A DNA stretch of 64,000 bases from Octopus sinensis (taxonomy: Eukaryota), in assembly GCF_006345805.1 (NCBI RefSeq), contig NC_043003.1:24428001-24492000 (forward strand), given 5' to 3'. The position numbers and the translations under genes are program-made. Under the pieces are notes generated by a model that ran no database searches, was not told the origin of the DNA, and was given only the letters and a program-made list of their open reading frames with translations. Positions 1-13,151 of the stretch are shown in pieces (positions within the stretch are counted from its first letter, which is position 1; the number at the start of each line of letters is the position of its first letter).

Positions 1-346
1 TCATGTTCTAAGGGCTTTGGGGAAAAAACAAGCTGTGACAGAGTAATTTAGCATATATGGGGTGGCGGGGAATCAACCGTTAAACTTTGAATATTGGAGA
101 AAATATGGAGAAAATGATATAAAAGAAATTGTTCTTGCGAAAGGAAAATAACAAAGGAATGTGCTGGGAAAACGGAGGCGGGGTGTATTGATTTAGGGAA
201 TGTGTTACAAGTAAACAGATATTGAAGAGAAATTTTTCAAAAACAATCAAGTTTTGTGTTTAATAGATAAACAAGGTCTCGGTGTCTTTAGAGAAATAGA
301 AAATGGACGAGAATATGAATAACAATAACTTACTCTGGAGTTTAAG

Positions 347-377
<31 letters not shown>

Positions 378-704
378 ATAGTGAAATAAGGTAGGAAGAT
401 AAATGGAAGTAAAAAGTAGATCAGGGAGAATGAAAATTTGTTAAGATATGGTAAGTTCATAAGAGATCAAGATAACTCAGTAAAAATTCGAGAGAATAGT
501 TGGAGAGATGATATAAATTGCGTAAAGGATGGCTTTAAATGTAGGAGTAATAAATATTGAGGAATCAAAGGAAATCGCCGAAAAAAAAATGGATGAGTTA
601 TTCGGTTAGAATTATGTATTTCAGAAAGAGGTGAGATAAAGAGAGAAATATGACTATGTATGATAGATATTTGCGAAGTACCAAAAATAACGAGAAATAA
701 ACGT

Positions 705-917
705 TGATTTCAAATTTTGGCACAAGGCCAGCAATTTCGGGGGCGGAAGTAAGTCGATTATATTGACTCCAATGATCAATTGGTACTTAATTTATTGGTT
801 CTAAGAGTATAGAAGGCAAAGACGACCTCGACAGCATTTGAACATAGAACGTAAAGACGGGTGAAATGTCGCGAAGCATTATGTCCGGTGTACTAAAATT
901 CTGCCTGTTCACCGCCT
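705..917 (-). mobile_element. SINE family B copy (head GGCGGCGAGCTGGCAGAA..., core GTCGACTTTGCCTTTCATCCTTTCGGGGTCGAT)
   Basis: Degenerate match to many other copies in the window (2226-2400, 2500-2705, 27895-28095, 36120-36335, 40835-41045). Confidence 0.8.
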
Positions 918-920
918 TAA

Positions 921-1359
921 TCTCTCTATATATAAACGGCAGTTTGTCTGTCTGTGTGTCTGTGTGTCTGTCAGGTTGTACCCTCACCCTGACCACGGCT
1001 TTCAACCGATTCTGATGAAACTTGACACACACATAGCCCAATGTCATAATTAAAAACTAACGCAGTGAAAATTTTGAAAAGTTCCCCCAGTTCTGAAAAA
1101 AATCGATAAATTCGACATAGGGTCGAGAATCTAAGCTTTTTATATGCAACACATTTTCTGTCTAGGGGACACAACTCGACCTTTTTATCGCCCAAAGGGA
1201 CAGCTAGGAACATCGTAAACACAGAAGTATTCGAGTGAAGAGAAAACATTGCAACCTACACATGCGCCTTCGTTCCCTAGAGGGAAAGGACTACATTGGG
1301 ATTAGTCGTTGCCTACTAGGGGCTCTTACATACCCGGGCAACGCTGGGCTATGCTGCTA

Positions 1360-1360
<1 letters not shown>
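921..1360 (+). mobile_element. Non-autonomous Helitron
   Basis: A|TCTCTCTATATATAAA 5' end; subterminal hairpin CCCGGGCAACGCTGGG at 1333-1348; CTAG|T 3' end; insertion between A and T with no TSD. Confidence 0.8.
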
Positions 1361-1401
<41 letters not shown>

Positions 1402-1428
1402 TTAATAATAATAATAATAATAATAATA

Positions 1429-1525
<97 letters not shown>
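1361..1525. repeat. (AAT)n microsatellite
   Basis: Direct reading. Confidence 0.98.
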
Positions 1526-1527
<2 letters not shown>

Positions 1528-2028
1528 GCCCTGATGCAGTACCAGGCAGTGGTTCTCGTGGCTTCTGATCTTAATTGATTGGAAGTGTTATCATGTACAT
1601 TGTTTTGTCTTGGTATAAAAGATGGCTACAGCAAATATTCTGCTCAATACCACAGATTTGCTTGCCAGTTGTTTGACCTTAACCAGTTGAGCATGTCCCT
1701 TAGTGGCTGACGATATGTGCATCTCTGATCACGAGCAGAAGTAATGGGGGGGAGGGCATTATAGTCATGTGTTGAGAGGGATTCTTTGAGGAAACAACCC
1801 TTATTCAGGGACCTTTTGAGCGGGATGGGTTACTCGACTAGAAGAAAATTCTAGCTGGGCCCCACCTGCAAGGTCATGCGTTGTTTATCTTGATATGAGA
1901 TCACCATGTCGTGCACATATGGTTGTGACGCATGTGCCCTTATCAGACGGGTAGTCATGATGGGTATACTGGGCTTCCTGTATTTTACCCCAGTGTGACT
2001 TTGATGGCACGCACTGCTCTCTGACTCA
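1526..2028. repeat. Unclassified ~500-bp interspersed element embedded in (AAT)n
   Basis: Moderate-GC non-coding block bounded on both sides by (AAT)n (1361-1525 and 2029-2052). Confidence 0.45.
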
Positions 2029-2049
2029 GTAATAATAATAATAATAATA

Positions 2050-2050
2050 A

Positions 2051-2081
<31 letters not shown>

Positions 2082-2225
2082 AAGAAAAGAAGAAGAAGAA
2101 GAAGAAGAAGAAGAAGAAGAAGAAGAAGAAGAAAGAAAAAGAAGAAGAAGAAAAAAGAAGAAGAAGAAGAAGAAAGAAGAAGAAGAAGAAGAAGAAGAGA
2201 AGAAGAAGAAGAAGAAGAAGAAGAA
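2050..2225. repeat. (AAG)n microsatellite
   Basis: Direct reading. Confidence 0.98.
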
Positions 2226-3381
2226 TTTCTACTATAAGCACAAGGCCTGAAATTTGGTGGGAGGGACTAGTCGATTACATCGCCCCCCCCCCTCAGTGTT
2301 TCGCTGGTACTTAATTTATCGACCCTGAAAGGATGAAAGGCAAAGCCGGCCTCTGCGGAATTTGTTCTCAGAACGTATCGGCAGACGAAATACCGCTAAT
2401 TAGAGTTAGCATTACGTAGAAAAATATTTGGTGATGGTTAACATCAGGTGAAGCATATTTCAGGGAGATATTCTGTCACCGTTGCTGTGAAAATAATATT
2501 GGTTTTATATTTTTCGCACAAGGCCAGCAGATTTGGAGAGGGGCTAGGTCGATTACATCGACCACCGAAGATCAACTGGTACTTATTCTCCGAAAGGTGG
2601 AAGAACAAAGTCAACCACTGCGGAATTTGAACTGAGAACGTAAAGGTGGGCGAAATACTACTACGCATTTTGCGCGATATGCAAATGATTCAGCAAGCTT
2701 GTCACCTTCTAACGAGAAATAAATATTAGTGACAGAAAAAAAAATATTAGTAAAATATTTCAGAGGTAAAAAAAAAAACAGAAGTAAAGAAAAATATCTA
2801 TTATATGAGAAGTAATGGTAGCTAAGGTGAAAATATTTTCAGAAATTGATGGCGAATGGGTTAAACAGTCTAAATATTAGGGTTTGCGAAGAGCAGTGAA
2901 AAACAATGGAGGGAGGATACTTTTCTATAACAGAACTTTTCTATGATTGCAGTTTCCTCAGCGAAGGTCTTTCAGCATTTAATTGTACAACAACGTATTA
3001 AGTATAATTGTACAAAACTATATTTTAAGCATCACTTCTTAATGTGCTTCTAATTAATTAATTTCAACTTGAAAAATCTTTGCACACATTAGCAAATTTA
3101 TTATTCGCTGATTGAACATAAATGCGGCAGTTCTTAGTTGGCTATAAACGACGGTTTTTGTTCTTGTGTCTGTAGCTGAAGCGTAAGGTGTCACAGAAAA
3201 AGAAAATTCTTTCTATCACTGTTAATTTGCGCTTTTTTTTAAAAAAGATTTTATATGTAATTGATCGTTTTTAATTTAAGAAAATCTTTTATCAGACATA
3301 CATGTGTGAACAAATATGTGTGTATGTTTATATGTTTATATACATAAATACCTACACACATATATATAAATATAAATATGT

Positions 3382-3412
<31 letters not shown>

Positions 3413-3579
3413 GTTAATCCAAACAAGAAAGCACAAAAAAACACAACAACGCGAGGACGTGAAACAAATATAGTCCCACACACATATATATACAAATATA
3501 TATATATATACATGCACACACATATGCAACATTTATGCATACGTGTGTATATACGAATATATTAGACGATGGTATCAAT

Positions 3580-3608
3580 ATTAATATTTAAATATTATAT
3601 ATATATAC

Positions 3609-3639
<31 letters not shown>

Positions 3640-3680
3640 TATATATATTATATATATTATATATAATATATGATATATAT

Positions 3681-3712
<32 letters not shown>

Positions 3713-3771
3713 ATTTATATATATATATATATATAATTATATAATATATATATTATTATATTATATATAAT

Positions 3772-3803
<32 letters not shown>

Positions 3804-3897
3804 ATATATATATATATATATTCTATATATATATTTATATATATATATATAATATATATATATTTATATATATATATTTATATATATATATATATAT
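3580..3897. repeat. Imperfect (AT)n microsatellite
   Basis: Direct reading; similar tracts at 5920-6110, 7680-8180 and 16810-17130. Confidence 0.98.
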
Positions 3898-4043
3898 GTG
3901 AAATAGAAAGATGAATAATCTGTAGTAGATTAATCAAAGTTAACCGATACTTTCGTAGCAAAAATCACAGCAGTGAACAGCACGGTTGGAGGTACAACCA
4001 TTGGCGTTGCAACCGTGCGTTGGTGCGGATAATGAAATTAAAA

Positions 4044-4360
4044 CATTATGGTGAATTGAAGAAATGGAGCTGAAAGCAGATGAACAGAAATCGTTTTATT
4101 TCATTCTAACGTGTTCGAAAGCACAAATTACCAAAATCCGATTGATAATGGGACCATATTGTGTCTTTCTCTTCAGGAAGAAAAAGGAAATCGTTGGAAA
4201 AACAAAATTTCCTTTTTTCTTCCTGAAGAGAAAGACACAATATGGTCCATATTCAATCGGATTTTGGTAATTTGTGGCCTTTCGAAACACGTGGTAGAAT
4301 GAAATAAAACGATTTCTGTTCAATCTGCGTTCAGCTCCATTTCTTCAATCACCAATAATG
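4044..4360. mobile_element. Palindromic Penelope-like terminal repeat pair
   Basis: About 150-bp inverted arms around a ~15-nt spacer; each arm carries a hammerhead-like core; abuts (AT)n. Confidence 0.65.
4218..4300 (+). ncRNA. Minimal type I hammerhead ribozyme-like motif
   Basis: CUGAAGA at 4223-4229; stem II GAAAG/CUUUC; GAAA at 4284-4287; palindromic CACGUG; GUA triplet; 3-bp stem I UUC/GAA. One extra G in stem III. Confidence 0.55.
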
Positions 4361-4407
4361 TATATATATATATATATATATATTATTATATATATTGTAT
4401 ATATATA

Positions 4408-4440
<33 letters not shown>

Positions 4441-4771
4441 CTATAATATTGCGTACACACGCACACTTGTACTTATATATCGGTGCGTGGGCATCTATTA
4501 TATGATGGCGTGATAGTATGATCGAAATATGCTGAGTGATAAACGTCAATAATTAATCAATATCTAAACACACACACACACCCACACACGTCTGTGTGTG
4601 TGTGTTTGTGTTGTGTGTATGTGTGTGTGTGAGTGTGTGTGTGTGAGGAAGCTTTATAAATAGTTGGTTGGTTTTGAATAAAGAACATTTAAATACTTGA
4701 TCAGGTTCTTAAAGAAAATATTCAAAACAATTCTGGGTGTCTTCCAAACTACTCTTCTCCGAAAGTAATCA

Positions 4772-5060
<289 letters not shown>

Positions 5061-5282
5061 TCTGTAAAAGTGCAACACAACTGAGAAAATACTTCAGTCT
5101 AAGACTAAACACTTTGGAAGTTTGTGATAAATGAATATGCCAAAGTAACCAAAACTAACCAAAAATATGTACTACATCTGTGAGTGTGTGTGTGTGTAGG
5201 TATATGAAATCTTCCATTTATGCACGTATGAATATACTAACACACAAGCATATACACGCATGCACCCACACGTAGATATGGG

Positions 5283-5654
5283 ATGGAAGCACTCCTCCCT
5301 TTTAGCACTCCGTCGGTTACGACGATGAGGGTTCCTGTTGATCTGAATCAACGGAACAGCCTGCTCGTGAAATTAACGTGTAAGTGGCTGAGCACTCCAC
5401 AGACACGTGCACCCTTAACGTAGTTCTCGGGGATATTCAGCGTGACACAGAGAGTGACAAGGCCGGCCCCTTGAAATACAGGTACAACAGAAACAGGAAG
5501 TAAGAGTGAGAGAAAGTTGTGGTGAAAGAGCACAGCAGGGATCACCACCATCCCCTGCCGGAGCCTCGTGGAGCTTTTAGGTGTTTTCGCTCAATAAACA
5601 CTCACAACGCCCGGTCTGGGAATTGAAACCGCGATCCTATGACCGCGAGTCCGC
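5283..5654 (-). mobile_element. SINE with a family C head and an alternative tail (GCACTCCGTCGGTTACGACGATGAGGGTTCC...)
   Basis: 5480-5654 matches the family C head; 5283-5480 is a different module, also seen degraded at 36730-36865. Confidence 0.8.
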
Positions 5655-5699
5655 ACACGTAGATATATATCTATATATATGTACGTGTGTGTATGTATG

Positions 5700-5895
5700 T
5701 GTACATGTGGATCGTTGGCGACTTTTTTTCCTCCGTCTTTCTTTTCTCTTGGACTTTCCTCTGATTCCTGTTTCTGACGAAGGGCTTTGAACGAAAGCTA
5801 AAAACTACCTTTCTTTCCTTCCCTGGGCGCCTGCTAATACTTGCATGTACCACGTCCTCACGTTGTTGCTTTTTTCTTGTGTGTTGTTCTTCGTT
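5700..5895 (+). mobile_element. Penelope-like terminal fragment
   Basis: CUGACGA at 5774-5780, then GAAAGCUA at 5793-5800, with a broken stem II; CACGTCCTC.CGTTGTTG also occurs inverted at 3415-3470. Confidence 0.45.
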
Positions 5896-6070
5896 TTTTT
5901 TTTTTGGGGGGGGGGAGTTACTATATATATAATATATAAATATATATATATATATATAATTATATATATATATATATATATATATTAATATATATTATAT
6001 ATATATATATATTATGTGTGTGTGTGTGTGGTTGTATTTATATATAAGTATAGATATGTATGTGTGTGTA

Positions 6071-6112
<42 letters not shown>

Positions 6113-6735
6113 TAGTGAGAATTCACCAAAAAAACAAAAGACGAAGACAGGTGGTGTAGACGACAAACAGATGTATTAGTATAACGCTCGGGAAGTGAGA
6201 AAGTCCTTAACGTTTCGAGCCTACGCTTTTCGAGAGAAAGGAACACAGAAATAAACAGGGAGAGAAAATAGAAAATAGAAAGAGAAAATAGAAAAAGGTT
6301 TAGTAGCTAGCGATCTATCATGTCGAATATATATATATATTATTCGAAATATATAGTATCAAATATCCATCACGGCTGGTCTTTGGTGGGGGGACCAAAC
6401 ACAGACACAAAGAAACACAAACACAGACACGCACGTTCACACACACATAGAGAGACACACATACACACACACACACACATATATATATATTTTTTTTTAT
6501 CTAGTTTCAGCTCACAAGCTGTGGCCATGCTGGGGCACCACCATTTATATATATATATATATAAGGAGAATTCACAAAAAACAAAATCGAAGACAGGTGG
6601 TGTAGATAACAAACAGATGTGTTAGTATAACGCTCGGGAAGTGAAAAAGTCTTTAACGTTTCGAGCCTACGCTCTTCCACAGAAAGGAACAAGGAGAGAA
6701 AATAAAGAATGTGTAGTGGCTATCGGTCTTTCATG
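6113..6735 (-). mobile_element. Two direct copies (6113-6320 and 6560-6735) of a Penelope-like terminal repeat
   Basis: About 170-200-bp direct repeat, each preceded by (AT)n; degenerate core CUGUGGA-A-GAGC-GUAG-GCUC-GAAACGUU. Confidence 0.55.
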
Positions 6736-7677
6736 GCAACAAAAAAAGTTTAGAAAGTATTAAAAAAGTTACGAAAAGTTCAAAAGGTTCAAAAGCTTCA
6801 GACGTCGTGATGTATTGGAGCGATTTTTCATCAACAGAGGAGTCCAATGTAATCCACATGTAGGGTGGGTAGTTAAAGTGTAGAAAGTCCAGTAGAAGTT
6901 CGTGGGTGATGAGAGGAGACAGGATCAAATATATATAAGACTATTTTCTTTTCAGTTGCTCTATACTAAATCCTCATACAAGGATTTGGTCGGCCCGGGG
7001 CTACAGAAGAAGACACTTGCCCAAGATATCATTCAGTGGGACTGAACCCGAAGCCATGAGGTTGAGAAACAAGTTTCTTAACCACACGGCGACGGCTGCA
7101 CTTTATATGAAATAGTTTAACATAGTTCCACATTACTTAAAGATTTGTATATATAAGACACGTCTACTTCGTGCTATTTCCTTTCTGTGCTCTTTTATTC
7201 GTGTGTATATACACAGGTGTATGAGTGTGTGTGGGAGGAGGGTGTAAGCACATAAATACCTTATATTTCCTTTGTGTTTGATAGAGTCTGAGACTAGATT
7301 TACGAACAAACGCACAAGACCGAAAAACTTCGCGGAGCGTCCAACCGTATCATCACATTCGAACGAACATTCATACATTCAAACGCACTTTATATTGCAT
7401 TAAATAAAATTATATGTGTGCATCTGTGTGTGTAGATAGGTAGGTAGGTAGGTAGGTAAATAGGTAGGTAGGTAGGTAGGTAGGTAGGTTGGTAGGTAGG
7501 TAGGTAGGTAGGTAGGTGGGTAAGAGCTTTTACAATCTACCTCTAACGAGAATCGTGAGATATGATAACATTGATATCAGCGTAGCGCATTCATCATTAA
7601 TAAAAAATATTTTCTACATCGCATGTGTTGAGTTTCTTACTGGGAGATCGTCTTCGTTTTCTGATTAAGAGAGTAAC

Positions 7678-7725
<48 letters not shown>

Positions 7726-7912
7726 CATATATACATATATACATATGCGACATATGCATATATATAATAAATAAATAAATATATATATTATATATATATA
7801 TTATATATATATACATATATACATATGTACCATATGCATATATATATATATATATATAATATAACATATACATTTATATACATATGTACAACATATGCAT
7901 ATATATAAATAA

Positions 7913-7972
<60 letters not shown>

Positions 7973-8120
7973 ATATATATGTATGTATATATAGGCAAAG
8001 TAGTGGTCGTGTTGTAATTAGTTTGCTTACCAGCCACATGGTTCCGGGTTCAGTCTCACATATATACATATATACATATATACATATGTACACATATGCA
8101 TATATATAATAAATAAATAA

Positions 8121-8151
<31 letters not shown>

Positions 8152-8179
8152 ATATATAGATATATATATATATATATAT

Positions 8180-8560
8180 AGGCAAAGGAGTGGTCGTGTT
8201 GTAATAGTGTTTGGCTTACCAGCCACGGTTCCGGGTTCAGTCTCACAGTGTGGTACCTTGGGCAAGTATCTTCTGCTATAGCCTCGGGCCGACCAAAGCC
8301 TTGTGACTGGAGTGGATTTGGTAGACGGAAACTGAAAGAAGAACGTCGTGTGTGTGTGTGTGTGTGTGTGTGTTTGCATATGTTTGTATGTCTGTGTTTG
8401 TCCTCCCACCCTCACTTGACAACCGATGTTGGTGTGGTTACGTTACCGCAACTTAGCGGTTTGGCAAAGAGACCGAGAGAATAAGTCCTGGGCTCGATTT
8501 GTTCGACTAAAGGCGATGCTCTAGCATGGCCGCAGTCAAATGACTGAAACAAGTAAAAGA
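8180..8560 (+). mobile_element. SINE family A copy
   Basis: Same head, core and tail as 18875-19280. Confidence 0.85.
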
Positions 8561-8577
8561 ATACCCATACATCTGTG

Positions 8578-8608
<31 letters not shown>

Positions 8609-8744
8609 TGTGTGTGTGTGAAGGCACGAAGCCTAATGGTTAAAGGGTGTTGCACTCACAATTGTTAAGATTGTTGTTTTAATTCCTGAACTGGGTGAAG
8701 TGTTGTGTTCTTGAACAAAACACTTCATTCCAAATTGGTCCAGT

Positions 8745-9136
8745 TCGCTCAACTGTGGAAAATGAGACCCCCTTTAGTGAATAGAAAAGGAGTGATTTTT
8801 CATCAGGACAATGCGAAGAGCTTGGTTGGGAAAAAAATTCCTCATCCACCCTATTCTCCCGACCTTGCTCCTTTAGACTACCATTTGTTTCGTAGTTAAC
8901 AGAATTATTTGGGGAACATAACTTTCGCAAGTCAGGAGGAGGTCGAAACTGACATTTCAGTGTTCTTCGCTTTGAAACCAAAGCGAAGATGGGATTAAAA
9001 AGCTTGTAAATAGATGGAAGGAAGTCATAGATGATCAGGGAAAGTACTTTGATGAATAAATTTCAATTAAATATAACATTTGATCACTTGTTTTCTTTAT
9101 TCAAAATTCGGACAGAACTTGTGGGATGACATGATA
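8745..9136 (+). pseudogene. Mariner (DD34D) transposase 3' remnant with right TIR
   Basis: NRKGVIFHQDNA...HPPYSPDLAPLDYHLFRS, then RWKEVIDDQGKYFDE*; TIR-like CGGACAGAACTTGTGGGATGACATGATA. Confidence 0.9.
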
Positions 9137-9974
9137 ATAAATTGAATAATTAGATAATTATTTAAAACTGTTATTATTAAAGTGTCCAGTAAATAAATTG
9201 TTGGTATTGTGCCTAAAATAGAAGAAATTATTATTTTAAAAGTCTTAAATAGGGCAAAAAATTTATTTTTTTTTTAGTCTTGGAAAGGTTTGATCTATGG
9301 ATAAATAACGACGCTACAACCATATTGAGTCTCCTAATTTCTTTCATATGGTTGTACTGAATAGCAAAATGTCCCTAGATCCCTAGATTCCATTATGCCA
9401 AAACATTAGTATTCATAGCATTCCTCTATTCTTCCTAATTTGTACTTTCCACATAACTCCCAATGGGCGGACGATGTGGCATTATCATTCATAGTTCCTC
9501 TATTGAGTTAATTTATTTGCTGCATTTAGTAACAAAACTAACAGCATAGAATAAGCCTTCAAAATAATCAATATACGAAACGGAGTATTGTGCATAGGCG
9601 CAGGCAGAAGCGTATGGTTAAAAAGTTCACTTCACAGTTACTTATTTCAATGTACAATTCTCAAAATGCATTGCGAATGCAGTTCACTTTCTTCGCAGCC
9701 ATTTTGCAGGAGCCGTTTCAAATCTTATGTTTTTATGAGTGTAGATCTACAGAAAACCTACATATAACTAATATTTGTGAAACCTACTTTTGTTCATATC
9801 ATTGTTATATCGTCGTCGGCGGCGTTTTTATCGTGTGTCCGATAATTCATTTGGCTTTTTCTTGGCTGCTTCTTCCCCTCTGTCCGTGTTTATGCCTCTG
9901 ATGACTAATGAGGCCAATTCTTGTATGGAAGCATCTATTGTAAAGTCCACGAGGGATCCGTTGTGGGGGTTTTG

Positions 9975-10440
9975 GTTCTTTCTTGTCGTTTCTCTCTACG
10001 GTTGTGAAACCTGGATTCTTTACCGAAGTGACGTCAAAAACTAGAGCGGTTTCTTCAACAGAAGCTCCGCCCTGTTATGAATATCAAATAGAATGACTAT
10101 GTGACCTATGGCTCCGTTTTGGAGAGAACGAAAAGCAGCAGAACCGAGGCCACCATCCCGAAACATCGTGACTGAAAAGGGCGGGCCACGTAGCAAGAAT
10201 GAAAGAGATCAGGCTGCCTCGGCAAATTTTATATGGTGAACTTTCCACCAGAAGAAGACTCTGTAACCGTGTCTCCTCCGTCGACACAAGGACCAGCTGA
10301 AGCAAAGCCTAAAACTGACTGGAATCGATCCCAAAGCCTGGGGCATTGAAGCTCAGGACAGGCCTGGCTGGCATCATTCCATCTCCACTGTGACAGATCA
10401 TTTTGAAGTTGAACGGCAGAGGGAAGAAAAAGAGAAGTAG
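9975..10440 (+). pseudogene. RTE-clade LINE C-terminal fragment
   Basis: LYGCETWILYRSDVK...GHVARMKEIRLPRQILYGELS...KDQLKQSLKLTGID, with frameshifts. Confidence 0.88.
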
Positions 10441-11080
10441 CATTGCCAATAAAATCGCCACTGGTTTCAACCACGGCCTCCAGACGACTTTGGAATCTCC
10501 TGCAATTCTTCTGGACGGTCTCCTTGTTTAAGTTGGTGAATATCGCCATAATTCCTGCCTTCGGTTCATCTTTGGTGTTACAAGGAGTTTTGTTGGTCTC
10601 TCGATCAACTGCATCCCACACATAATAATCAAGGAGGTTACATTATGGGGAGTTATGTGGCCAGGTTTTAGAGGTAATGTGGTCGCAGAAATTGTCTGAC
10701 AGCCATGACTGGTTTCTCCTGCTTGTGTGGCATGGTGCAGAGTCTTGTTGCCAGACATAGGGTCTTCCAACAAAACCCTCTTCACCCAGACCAGCACTGC
10801 CGCCTCCAGGCACTTGATATAAGCCTCCATGCTGAATCGGAGGCTGATGGAAAGATGAATGGAGCCATCACTAGTGATCACTCCCAAACACCATGATGTT
10901 GACTGGGTATTTGATTTTTATCATTCTCGATACGTGTCTTCAGATTGCGCTATCCCCAGATTGAAATGTACGTATTGAAACTTCCGGCGCGAATGCCAAG
11001 CAGCATGTCGTTTCCAAATTTCTGGCCGAGCAAATTGTCATGGTGCTGTTTTTCTCACAAACAGTGCCCAACTGACCCTA
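10440..11080 (-). pseudogene. Tc1/mariner-superfamily (maT/DD37D-like) transposase remnant, internally deleted
   Basis: EIWKRHA N-terminus near 11000; GVITSDG...EAYIKCLE...VWVKRV; WDAVDRETNKTPCNTKDE...RLEAVVETSGDFI C-terminus; frameshifted. Confidence 0.85.
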
Positions 11081-11669
11081 CTATACTGTTTAGTCGACAA
11101 AATCAAAAACAAACAATGCGCATACGCGAAATTAAAAATATAAAATGGCGACTATTTACCCATTGCACTCTGCTTATATATAGTTCTTTGTAACCTAACG
11201 CAATGAAATGTTCTGGTTAAGCATTTAAATGCACATGGAACACCCAATGCGAAGTTCAAAGCTGTCATAATGATTAAACGTACGTAGTAACTAATGATAT
11301 AAGCTCGTGTTTACTTTAATTTCTTATATACATATAATATATACGTGTGTGTGTGTGTGTGTGTGTGTGTTTGTGTGCGTGTGTGCGTGTGTGTGTATGC
11401 GTATGTGTGTGTGAGTGTGGAGGCGTATAGTTTAATGGTTAGGATTGTTGCACTTATGATCATAAGATTGTGGTTTCGGTTTCTGGACCAGGCGATGCGT
11501 TACGTTCTTGAACAAAACACTTCGTTTTACGTTGTTATAGTCCACACATCTGGCAAAAATAAATAATCCTGCGATGGAACGGCGTCCAGTTCAAAAAGAG
11601 AATACATACGCCACGGAATCTGGGAGATCGGCCTTATGGGCTTATGGCTCGGGAAGGATCATTGATCTT

Positions 11670-11692
11670 GATAGATAGATAGATAGACAGAC

Positions 11693-11782
<90 letters not shown>

Positions 11783-11847
11783 GCAGGCAGGCAGACAAAC
11801 AGAGAGACAGACAGACAGACAGATAGATAGATAGATAGATAGATAAG

Positions 11848-11931
<84 letters not shown>

Positions 11932-11944
11932 TAGACAGCCAGAC

Positions 11945-12002
<58 letters not shown>

Positions 12003-12059
12003 GCAGGCAGGCAGGCAGGCAGGCAGACAAACAGAGAGACAGACAGACAGATAGATAGG

Positions 12060-12094
<35 letters not shown>

Positions 12095-12198
12095 TAGAGA
12101 TAGATAGATAGATAGATAAGTAGATTAGATAGAAGACAGACAGACGACAGACAGACAGATAGACAGACAGACAGAGAAAGACAGATAGACAGCCAGAC

Positions 12199-12229
<31 letters not shown>

Positions 12230-12245
12230 AGATAGATAGATAGAT
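11670..12245. repeat. (GATA)n/(GACA)n/(GGCA)n compound tetranucleotide array
   Basis: Direct reading; a further (GATA)n at 12752-12842. Confidence 0.98.
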
Positions 12246-12750
12246 ATGTTTCTTATATTAGCCACACAGGGCTGCACACAGATAGAACAATTACAAGGTA
12301 GAGCTTTTCTTTTGAAGGTTTAAAAAAAAAAAAAGGAAGAGGGAGTTCGATCAAAAGGGATCGTAAAAGGAGAGAAAGAGGACAAAAAAAAGGGGGGTTA
12401 AAAAAAAGGAGGAGTGAAAAAAAAAAAAAAAATTGATCAATAGGGATCGTTATCACAGAAATGTCAATATGAAATGTAAAGGGGAGGACAGGAGAGGTTT
12501 ACCCGTGGAAAGAAAAGCCTACGGAAAAGACCACGGTAACCTCGGTCAATTGAGTCACATGTTATATTTCTTTTTTTTTTTTTTGCGAATAAGCAACTCT
12601 CTGTTTTCAATTTCTGGGTTCATAGGGTCATGCTCAAGGTGGCTTCGTCATTCATACGTGCTATTCTTGCTACATTCACCCATCTTTTTTTAAAACATTC
12701 GCTAGACAAAACTTGCCTCTCTACTCTCACTTTCCTTTTCAAGTGGTACT

Positions 12751-12842
<92 letters not shown>

Positions 12843-13099
12843 GAGACGGGGAAGATAAGGAATGAGGGGAAACGGAAAATGGAGTTAGCAAGAATTTTGC
12901 TAACTCCATTTTCCGTGTCTCACATTCGTTATAAACTCAACGAACACTACGGAATTTCTGACGTAGATCCAGTGACAGTTATATCATAGCAGTGGATAAC
13001 ATCAGGAGCCTAAACGGTGTAAGTGTTTTATCGACACACTACTAGATATTTACCCAAAGTCCAACTAATTTCTTATGTGCGTGTGTGTGTGTGTGTATG

Positions 13100-13151
<52 letters not shown>

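Noticed and set aside
1-690. Purine-biased block resembling a LINE ORF2 3' end (similar composition at 38490-38930)
   Set aside because: Too degenerate; no diagnostic motif could be read in any frame.
7990-8250. Duplicated SINE A head within (AT)n
   Set aside because: Most likely slippage or assembly stutter in a microsatellite; no independent structure.
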